Shown piece by piece: positions 45,338 to 53,607 of a DNA stretch of 55,558 nt. Location: contig JBDRAM010000132.1 in NCBI GenBank assembly GCA_043823785.1, positions 1 through 55,558 on the forward strand, given 5' to 3'. Under the pieces are notes generated by a model. It saw nothing but the letters and a program-made list of their open reading frames with translations. It was not told the origin of the DNA and did not search any database. Source of the DNA: Candidatus Omnitrophota bacterium. GTDB lineage: Bacteria; Omnitrophota; Gorgyraeia; JABMRG01. Position numbers and translations under genes: made by a program. Within the stretch, counting starts at the first letter, position 1. Each line of letters starts with the position of its first letter.

Positions 45338-46774
45338 ATGACAAAAATAAAATTCGGAACATCAGGATGGCGTGCTGTTATTAGCGATGAGTTTACCTTT
45401 GAAAATGTAAGGCTGGTCACTCAAGCTATATCTGACTATATAAAGAAAGTTTATAGTCTACAGTCTATAGTTTATAGAAAAAGACGAAAAACTAAAACTG
45501 TTGTTGTTGGATATGATACTAGGTTTTTGTCGAAGGAGTTTGCGCAGGAGGCGGCAAAGGTCTTATCTTCTAACGGGATAAAGGTCTTATTGTCTGACCG
45601 GGATGTCCCCACTCCTGTTATATCCTATCATATTATAAAGAAGAAGTGCGCTGGCGGAATAAACTTTACCGCAAGCCACAACCCGCCTCAGTACAATGGT
45701 ATAAAATTTTCTCCCGAAACAGGCGGGCCAGCCCAGCCTGAGGTAACCAAGGCCATAGAGAGGAATATAGAAAAACTTCAAAAGAAAAAGTCTATGCCAG
45801 GCTACACCGCGAAGGAATCCCTTATAACTGTTTTCAACCCCCGTCCCGCTTATCTAAGGCAGATAGAGAGATTAATAGATTTTAAGGCTATAAAAAAAGC
45901 CAAGCTTAAAGTAGCTGTTGATTGCCTCTACGGTACATCGCGTGGTTATCTGGACCTTATTCTTAGAAAGTACGGCTATAAGCCTATTGTGCTGCATGAC
46001 TATCTTAATCCGTATTTTGACGGTAAGCGCCCGGAACCTGCGCCTGAGAATATACTGGAGCTCATCTCTCTGGTCAAGAAGAAAAGGTTAGACCTGGGGC
46101 TTTCAGCTGACGGAGATGCGGACCGTTTTGGAATAATAGATTCAGACGGAACATATATTACCCCGAATCAGGTGGTCACGCTCTTGTTCTATCATCTATT
46201 AAGCACAAGAAAAAAGTCAAAACATGTGGTAGCCCGCACTGTCGCGACTACACATATGATAGACGCTATAGCAAAAGCCTACAATATAGAGGTCATAGAG
46301 ACCCCTGTAGGTTTTAAGTATTTTGTGGATATTATCAATAAGGGAGACTGTGTTATTGCCGGAGAAGAGTCTGGCGGGCTTTCTATGTCAGGCCATCTTC
46401 CGGAGAAAGACGGGATACTGGCCTGCCTCCTTATTACGGAGATGGTCGCAAAGCGTAAAAAACCCATAAGGGAGATACTGAAGCATTTATATGATATCTA
46501 CGGAAGGTTCTATACGCATAGGATAGATTTTAATCTTACGCAATCCGCGAAAGAAAGATTGATGAAAAAGGTGAGGTCCCCGAAATTCAGTTCTTTTTCG
46601 GGAATAAAGATATATAGACGCGATTTTAAGGATGGATGTAAGTTTTATACGAAAGACGGAAGCTGGGTATTATTCAGGCCCTCCGGTACAGAACCCATCG
46701 TAAGGGTATATTTTGAGTCAAACTCAAAGAAAATCCTCGCCCGGCTCATAGAGGCTGGAGAAAAACTCATATGA
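45338..46774 (+). CDS. Phosphoglucomutase/phosphomannomutase family protein
   Basis: 478 aa. Active-site TASHNPPQYNGIKF, metal loop GLSADGDADRFGIID and sugar loop GEESGG. Confidence 0.9.
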   Translation: MTKIKFGTSGWRAVISDEFTFENVRLVTQAISDYIKKVYSLQSIVYRKRRKTKTVVVGYDTRFLSKEFAQEAAKVLSSNGIKVLLSDRDVPTPVISYHIIKKKCAGGINFTASHNPPQYNGIKFSPETGGPAQPEVTKAIERNIEKLQKKKSMPGYTAKESLITVFNPRPAYLRQIERLIDFKAIKKAKLKVAVDCLYGTSRGYLDLILRKYGYKPIVLHDYLNPYFDGKRPEPAPENILELISLVKKKRLDLGLSADGDADRFGIIDSDGTYITPNQVVTLLFYHLLSTRKKSKHVVARTVATTHMIDAIAKAYNIEVIETPVGFKYFVDIINKGDCVIAGEESGGLSMSGHLPEKDGILACLLITEMVAKRKKPIREILKHLYDIYGRFYTHRIDFNLTQSAKERLMKKVRSPKFSSFSGIKIYRRDFKDGCKFYTKDGSWVLFRPSGTEPIVRVYFESNSKKILARLIEAGEKLI

Positions 46775-46783
46775 TAACATGCG

Positions 46784-48189
<1,406 letters not shown>

Positions 48190-48198
48190 TCTATACAT

Positions 48199-48477
48199 AT
48201 GTCGAAGAAGAAATTTATTCTTCTTGGCATTTTTGTTGCGCTTATAATATTCCTTCCGGGATATTCCAAGCTTCAGGAACTAAAAGAAAAAAACAAATTT
48301 TTGCTGAAAGAGATAGATAGCCTAAAAAATGATAATAAGGATCTCAGCCAGGAGATAGAGAAGCTGGAAAACGACCCCTTTTATATCGAGAAGAAAGCAA
48401 GAGACAGGATGGGCATAGGGAAAAAGGGTGAGATAAGATATAAGGTTATAAATGACAGCGAAGAAACTAATGAGTGA
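48199..48477 (+). CDS. ftsB: Septum formation initiator (FtsB/DivIC family)
   Basis: 92 aa. It has an N-terminal TM helix, a coiled coil and the block DPFYIEKKARDRMGIGKKGE. Its position after eno is a commonly conserved neighbourhood. Confidence 0.7.
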   Translation: MSKKKFILLGIFVALIIFLPGYSKLQELKEKNKFLLKEIDSLKNDNKDLSQEIEKLENDPFYIEKKARDRMGIGKKGEIRYKVINDSEETNE

Positions 48478-48796
48478 GTTACAGCAGACAAGATTAAGAG
48501 TCGGAGATACGGTAGAGGCAGAGGTATTTAAGATCACAAGTTTCGGAGCCTTTGTTAAACTTTCTGATGGGAAAAGAGCGCTTATACATATATCGCAGGT
48601 AGCGGATAATTTTGTCAAGAATATAAATGACTACCTTAAGTTGGGCGATGTAGTAAAGGCACGTATTTTAAATATAGAAGCGGATAAGATAGACCTTACT
48701 CTTAAGAAGCCAAAAGATGAGACGGTCTCTTATCCTAAGGGCAAAGAATTCAAGTCTACTTTTGAAGATAAGCTGGAAGGTTTTTTGAACGAATAG
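48452..48796 (+). CDS. S1 RNA-binding domain protein
   Basis: 114 aa (an alternative start at ATG 48470 overlaps the ftsB stop). S1 fold block GDTVEAEVFKITSFGAFVKLSDGKRALIHISQV. Confidence 0.8.
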   Translation: MTAKKLMSELQQTRLRVGDTVEAEVFKITSFGAFVKLSDGKRALIHISQVADNFVKNINDYLKLGDVVKARILNIEADKIDLTLKKPKDETVSYPKGKEFKSTFEDKLEGFLNE

Positions 48797-48904
48797 TAGG
48801 AGCGGCCTCTCCCTAGCTGTGCTCGCCTCGCGCCGAACGGCGCTCGGCGCCGGAGGCGGGACCTCTCACCGAGGGATCCCGAACGAACGTGAGGGGCTGG
48901 CCGC
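48795..48904 (+). repeat. GC-rich stop-abutting palindromic element, copy 3, with large nested structure
   Basis: AGTAGGAGCGGCCTCTCCC starts in the stop codon of the S1 gene. The outer stem is GCGGCC(48802-07)/GGCCGC(48899-904). Nested hairpins are CGCCTC[GCGCC-GAAC-GGCGC]GAGGCG and CCTCTCAC/GTGAGGGG. Confidence 0.75.
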
Positions 48905-48980
48905 GAATTAGAACTTAAGCATTGATGTTTGACATGCAACATACGACGCGGGGTGGAGCAGCCCGGTAGCTCGCAAGGCT

Positions 48981-49621
48981 CAATGGATACAAAGCTCAAA
49001 GCGGATATTGCAGAATCGTCTGTAGTAACTGAACTTCTAAAAAGAGGATTCAGTGTGCTAAGACCTGTTGGAGATCGGCTTTCTTATGATATAGGGATCG
49101 ATCTTAAGGGCAAATTTGTCCGTATTCAGGTCAAGAGCGCTTGGTTCAACGAAAGAGATAAATGCTACGTTGTAGATGCACGTAGAACCAAGACAAACAG
49201 ACGGCGCATGATCAGAAAGCGTTATAAGGCTGATGATTTCGATTTTGCAATTATCCATATAGCTGACTTAAATGTGTTCTATGTTATGCCTCTGACAGTA
49301 TTTTCTAATTATAGAAGCACTGTTACGCTAATAGAATCAAGCAAAAGGCAACGAAAACCTAAGTCAGCATGCTACAGAGAGCGATGGGATTTATTGTCCA
49401 AGGGCCCATTATCCGGTAACGGGTAATGAAAACCTGTCAAATTCGGTGAAACCCTCGATATAAAAATCAGGGCAATACCGAGCCAAGTCCGCACAGGCGG
49501 AAAGGTGTAGAGACTAGTTGGCAGGAATCCTAAGACATTAGGATTATGGTATAGTCCAGACTACGAACATGCGGTACTTTTATGCGCAGTGCAGCATGGC
49601 AGTGAAAACTGTAGTAGTAAG
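48981..49621 (+). mobile_element. Group I intron (IC3-like core) with a homing-endonuclease ORF
   Basis: The 5' exon ends in U and the intron ends in G. The core at 49430-49621 contains CCTGTCAAATTCGGTGAAACC, CCGAGCCAAG, GAAAGGTGTAGAGACTAG and CCTAAG, closely like the Azoarcus tRNA-Ile intron as I recall it. P3 is CCTGTC/GGCAGG and P7 is GACTA/TAGTC. Confidence 0.85.
48983..49426 (+). CDS. PD-(D/E)XK homing endonuclease (I-Ssp6803I-like)
   Basis: 147 aa from ATG 48983 (the track ORF 48929 reads through the tRNA exon). The block AESSVVTELLKRGFSVLRPVGDRLSYDIGIDLKGKFVRIQVKS gives a D...D...QVK nuclease core. It lies inside the tRNA-Met intron. Confidence 0.8.
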   Translation: MDTKLKADIAESSVVTELLKRGFSVLRPVGDRLSYDIGIDLKGKFVRIQVKSAWFNERDKCYVVDARRTKTNRRRMIRKRYKADDFDFAIIHIADLNVFYVMPLTVFSNYRSTVTLIESSKRQRKPKSACYRERWDLLSKGPLSGNG

Positions 49622-49674
49622 CATAACCTTGAGGTCAGAGGTTCAAATCCTCTCCCCGCTACCATTAGCGCTTC

Positions 49675-49755
49675 CGCAGTTACGGAACGAAGTGAACGTA
49701 ACTGCGAGAAACGACTTATGCCCCGTACCGGAGCGAAGCGACTGGTACGGGGCAT
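49675..49755 (+). repeat. Two consecutive hairpins with AGCRA-AGCRA-type loops
   Basis: The first is CGCAGTTACG-GAACGAAGTGAA-CGTAACTGCG (49675-49706). The second is ATGCCCCGTACCGG-AGCGAAGCGA-CTGGTACGGGGCAT (49718-49755). Confidence 0.85.
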
Positions 49756-49776
49756 GCTATTTGGAATACACCAAAA

Positions 49777-49808
49777 CCCTGAGCGCGAATACGTCTCGGG
49801 GTTTTTTG
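49777..49808 (+). terminator. Rho-independent terminator after tRNA-Met
   Basis: Stem CCCTGAG/CTCGGGG, loop CGCGAATACGT, then TTTTTT (49802-07). Confidence 0.7.
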
Positions 49809-49874
49809 TCAGAGGTTTCCCTCGGCCTTACAGGCCTCGGGACTACCTCGCCTAAGTAATATCAGGGCTCGGCA

Positions 49875-49896
49875 GCAAATCCTCTCCCTGCTATCA
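49875..49896 (+). repeat. Degenerate duplicate of the tRNA-Met 3' end
   Basis: GCAAATCCTCTCCCTGCTATCA compares with the tRNA 3' end TCAAATCCTCTCCCCGCTACCA (49643-49664), with 19 of 22 positions identical. Confidence 0.65.
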
Positions 49897-50049
49897 TAAA
49901 AAACCCCCCAAGCATGATAGCCCCTGAGGTTTTTATCTGCTATTTAAATTATTTACAATACTGGTAATTGTAATTGATTGTTATGATTAACTGATATAAA
50001 ATATACCTTAAGTGAGAATATTAAAATTTAGCATTTCTGAGGTAGCCAA

Positions 50050-50748
50050 ATGGCCTTAAGGCGGATTGATTTAGAATATATAAATGGGTGCATTTTTGAA
50101 ACCCTTGGTGAATTAAGCGGTAAGCATATGCTGGAATTGGGAAATCAGTATATAATAGAAGATTCCATACCTGAAAAAATAGGAAAGAAATATTTTAACA
50201 ATAGAGGCGTAAACCATGTTTCAGTTGATTTAAATGGGCTAGATGATGCTTTGAAGTTAGATCTATCTAAGCCCGAACAGTTTTTAATATGGCATAGTTA
50301 TTTTGATATAGTAACAAACTCTGGCACCAGCGAACATGTTGAGCCAAAATCCGGCCAATATAATTGCTTTCTTATTATCCACAATTGTCTTAAGGTAGGA
50401 GGCGTAGCCATCCATTTAATCCCTGATGCCAACGAACTTAAAGATAAAATGTGCTGGAAGGGGCATTGCAATAATTATTATTCTTGCGATTTCGTTAGAA
50501 TGCTGGCGAAAAACAATAACTACAAACTGATTTCATTAAAGATAATGGATGGATTAGTATGTTTTTGTCTGCAGAAGACGGAAGATGCGCCATTCATGGA
50601 AAATCGCAGGGAATTTCTAAAACATATAACAAGAAGAAGCGGAGGGGCAATTTATCCAGGGATTAATGACAGGGGGATATACGGGGTTAAGAGTTTTTTG
50701 GGTAAAATTAAAAGAAAGCTGATCCAGAAACCGATGAATGCAGGATAA
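50050..50748 (+). CDS. Putative class I SAM-dependent methyltransferase
   Basis: 232 aa. Motif-I-like HMLELGN, DIVTNSGTSEHV and LKVGGVAIHLIP. Confidence 0.45.
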   Translation: MALRRIDLEYINGCIFETLGELSGKHMLELGNQYIIEDSIPEKIGKKYFNNRGVNHVSVDLNGLDDALKLDLSKPEQFLIWHSYFDIVTNSGTSEHVEPKSGQYNCFLIIHNCLKVGGVAIHLIPDANELKDKMCWKGHCNNYYSCDFVRMLAKNNNYKLISLKIMDGLVCFCLQKTEDAPFMENRREFLKHITRRSGGAIYPGINDRGIYGVKSFLGKIKRKLIQKPMNAG

Positions 50749-50769
50749 GATGCGCACTTGCATAAAAAC

Positions 50770-51561
50770 CTACTTCAGCGAGATATTCTTACAGATAACT
50801 AGTTCGCCCGAGTATGACAAATCATACTTATATTGTGATAAGGTTTTGAAAAATACTTCTTTACATTGCTCGTCGTGTAGTTCTATGGCTATGTGTTTAA
50901 CTCGGCTAAGCCACCTGTCATAATTGTGTGAAAAAACTTCAAGCTCTGATCTTTCTATGTCAATCTTAAGTATATCAATACAGCCAAAACCGGACTTTTC
51001 CAATAAATCATATAAGTTAACAGCAGAAATATTTGGTTTCTCACCCTTTCGGCATTCGCGTACCTGCACTGCCCATTCGCCCCAATCTGTTTCATATGCT
51101 ACAAGGCCTGTTCTGTGAGACCATACAGCCGAGTGGATTAATGTTACTCGTTTTTTGTATGGCTTGAGATTTCTATGACATATTTTGAAGTTTTTACTGT
51201 GTGGCTCGATAGCGACTACATGGGCTTCTGGGTATTGATTAAGGAAGTAAATAGAAGAGCATCCTATATATGCGCCACAATCTATTATCAGCTGTGGATT
51301 TATTTTATTATCAAAACAAGATAATTCATCCTGATCTAAAACCTGCCGCAATGAGGCAGTATCCGACGAATCATATCTGTAGTAAATTCTATTTTTACAA
51401 CCTTCAGGATATTTATAAAAACACGGTTTAGGTGGGCAGAGCTTAAGTTTTTTTAATAATTTATAACTTAACACAACCAGACCTCTTAAAAGACCAAATT
51501 CTAGAAAAATATTATAGATTTTGTTCAATATCACAGTTTTCTTTGCGGGGTTAGCCAGCAT
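50770..51561 (-). CDS. FkbM-family methyltransferase
   Basis: 263 aa. Blocks IIDCGAYIGCSSIY and ILKIDIERSELEVF. Confidence 0.8.
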   Translation of the reverse strand: MLANPAKKTVILNKIYNIFLEFGLLRGLVVLSYKLLKKLKLCPPKPCFYKYPEGCKNRIYYRYDSSDTASLRQVLDQDELSCFDNKINPQLIIDCGAYIGCSSIYFLNQYPEAHVVAIEPHSKNFKICHRNLKPYKKRVTLIHSAVWSHRTGLVAYETDWGEWAVQVRECRKGEKPNISAVNLYDLLEKSGFGCIDILKIDIERSELEVFSHNYDRWLSRVKHIAIELHDEQCKEVFFKTLSQYKYDLSYSGELVICKNISLK

Positions 51562-51814
51562 ATATTTTTCTCCTTCGTAACAATAGTTTACCTTTTTAGT
51601 TTGCGTTATGCAAAGTTATTTTTTAAATTATGGGATTTTTTATTTTTAGTTCCCAGGGATACTTTATTAGATATAGTTATGAAGGTATAGATATTCTTCT
51701 TTACTAATATTATTTTTGGTTGTAAAATAAAAATATCGGCATTAAATGACGTTAAAAACATACCTATCCAATGAGTAGACTTAAGACAGAAGAGATACTT
51801 GTCCTCGTATACAC

Positions 51815-52624
51815 ATGAAAAAATACAGGGCTAGGACAAAGGCTATTTTGCAGACATGGGCAAAAAAAACACCCTGCACCTACTATGTAACAGATACAGA
51901 TTCGGGTGATTCTTATAATACGATTAATCTAGGGCCAAAAACGTATGAACAGCTACCAGAAAAGAGTTATTATATGTATAAATATATCAACGAAAAATTC
52001 ATCAATGAAAAAAAGTGGATAGTAAAGATTGACGACGATACTTATTTACGGTTAGACCGCCTGGCAAAGGTTTTATCAGGGTATGATTATAAGAAAGCCT
52101 GGTATCTGGGCGATTATAAGACCCTTAGCAAGGCGTTTAAAGTTGATATGCGCTGGCTATCTGGCAGCACGGTAGTTCTTAGCCAGAAGTGCGTTAAAGA
52201 ACTGATGGCATTTCTAGAGACAGATAAGGGAAAGGACCTATATTTTTCAATGGGTGCAGGCGAAGACATCTCGCTAGGTGAATGCCTGTCGCAATTAGAT
52301 ATTTTACCCACACATATGCCAGGAATTTTTTGCAAGCCCATAGAGAGAACTTTCAGAGACATGGAAAACCTTGTGTCTGTATCGACCTTACCTCCCCTGA
52401 GTCTTCTTATGCTGCATTCGGCATATATGATAGACAGAAAACTTGTCTATAAGGCCTTTACTTTTTTAGACAGGAAATATAGGAGGATATGGCATTATCT
52501 AGAGGTCAGAAGCCCGTTTTTGGAGGCTTTATATCTGGCATCAACAGCTTTTATTATTAATCCAATTCTCTACGCCTGCCTTTGCATCATGGAGAATTTC
52601 CGCAGGAAAGAGTCCCAGGGATAA
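51815..52624 (+). CDS. GT31/Fringe-like glycosyltransferase, apparently N-terminally frameshifted
   Basis: 269 aa. It has KKYRARTKAILQTW (the R..TW block) and WIVKIDDDTYL (the DDD motif). The expected first beta-strand (EEILVLVYT) is encoded just upstream in another frame (mini-ORF 51771-51818). Confidence 0.65.
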   Translation: MKKYRARTKAILQTWAKKTPCTYYVTDTDSGDSYNTINLGPKTYEQLPEKSYYMYKYINEKFINEKKWIVKIDDDTYLRLDRLAKVLSGYDYKKAWYLGDYKTLSKAFKVDMRWLSGSTVVLSQKCVKELMAFLETDKGKDLYFSMGAGEDISLGECLSQLDILPTHMPGIFCKPIERTFRDMENLVSVSTLPPLSLLMLHSAYMIDRKLVYKAFTFLDRKYRRIWHYLEVRSPFLEALYLASTAFIINPILYACLCIMENFRRKESQG

Positions 52625-52756
52625 TTGCAAGAATAGAAAACAGGATTTTTCGCTCCAAAATTATAAATAGTTCAGCAACTTTTTATCACTATGGACCGAT
52701 AATATTTACCATCTTATCTATCCCCGCGCCCTAAAGCACAAGGATTTTTATGGTAT

Positions 52757-52787
52757 GGAAATCCAAAAAGCAAAGCAATGGATTTCC
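52757..52787 (+). repeat. Hairpin with AGCAA-AGCAA loop
   Basis: GGAAATCCA-AAAAGCAAAGCAA-TGGATTTCC. A second GC hairpin, GCCCCC-TC-GGGGGC, lies at 52807-52820. Confidence 0.8.
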
Positions 52788-52907
52788 TAACCGCTGTCCA
52801 CAGGACGCCCCCTCGGGGGCTGAAAATCGCAGCAGAGGTGTTACTAAAAGCAATCTTCTTGAGGATTTAGCTTGTCATAACGACTCTATAGTCGTAGAAT
52901 AGTGCGT

Positions 52908-53585
52908 ATGAAAAAACTTATCATTACTCTATTAAAGGCCTTGCTGATAGTTCTTTTAACTTTGGGCGGGTATCTCCTCTATCTAAAATACGCGAATGAG
53001 AACAAAGTATTAAAACAGATGATATCAAGGCTTGAGGCCGATTCAAGAATAGCCGAAGTCCTTGTCACCGCGGTGAAATATGATGAGTTAAAGAACAAGA
53101 GATTTACAACAATAAAGTTTCTTGAATTTGACGCGAGCAGCTCTCCCATGGACCCCAGGTATTTCACTTTTTCAGGTAATATTATACAGTTTCAGTCCCT
53201 TGTTATGCGTTTTGATGATATGCATATAAGGCATGCTGATAAATTTAGAGGAAAAAGCGCTTATATATTTTTAAAAGTATTTATGCTTGACGGTAAAAAC
53301 ACCCAGGAATATGAAATAACAGGGGCTGATCAGGTCCCCGATGGATATAGGATATCTTACGCGAAGAATGAGTTTGAAGAGCAGCTTTGGCAGGAGTTTT
53401 GGAAATACGCGCTTGATCCTGAAAAGGCAAAAAGTAAAGGCATAAAGAACGCGCAGATAGAGGCCCCCGGCACGATGTTTATTCCGGGAATGCTTTATAC
53501 AATAAAGATAGAGCATGATGGCGGTATCAGGATAGACGCTTCCCAGCTGCCCGAGATCCTTAAGGGTGAGCATATTCCAATCTAA
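52908..53585 (+). CDS. Hypothetical membrane-anchored protein
   Basis: About 225 aa from ATG 52908. It has one N-terminal TM helix (LIITLLKALLIVLLTLGGYLLYL) and no recognisable domain. Confidence 0.4.
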   Translation: MKKLIITLLKALLIVLLTLGGYLLYLKYANENKVLKQMISRLEADSRIAEVLVTAVKYDELKNKRFTTIKFLEFDASSSPMDPRYFTFSGNIIQFQSLVMRFDDMHIRHADKFRGKSAYIFLKVFMLDGKNTQEYEITGADQVPDGYRISYAKNEFEEQLWQEFWKYALDPEKAKSKGIKNAQIEAPGTMFIPGMLYTIKIEHDGGIRIDASQLPEILKGEHIPI

Positions 53586-53607
53586 TATATAGCTGAAAGA
53601 GATAGGT

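Larger units (their letters stand above)
48947..49664 (+). tRNA. tRNA-Met (CAT), initiator-like, interrupted by a group I intron in the anticodon loop
   Basis: Exon 1 is 48947-48980 (CGCGGGG TG GAGC AGCCCGGTA GCTC G CAAGG CT). Exon 2 is 49622-49664 (CATAA CCTTG AGGTC AGAGG TTCAAAT CCTCT CCCCGCT A CCA). The joined exons give a 77-nt cloverleaf with a C1xU72 mismatch and A11:U24. Confidence 0.85.

Noticed and set aside
48929-48934. TTGACA just upstream of tRNA-Met as its promoter -35 element.
   Set aside because: A 16-18-nt spacing would put the -10 inside the tRNA itself, and no TATAAT-like hexamer is present. It is probably a chance hexamer.
48730-49859. ORFs 48730-48999 (-), 49569-49859 (+) and 49589-49855 (+), and the 5' extension of the endonuclease ORF to 48929.
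   Set aside because: They overlap the GC-rich palindromic block, the tRNA-Met exons, the group I intron core and the downstream hairpins or terminator. RNA structure explains these regions better than coding does.
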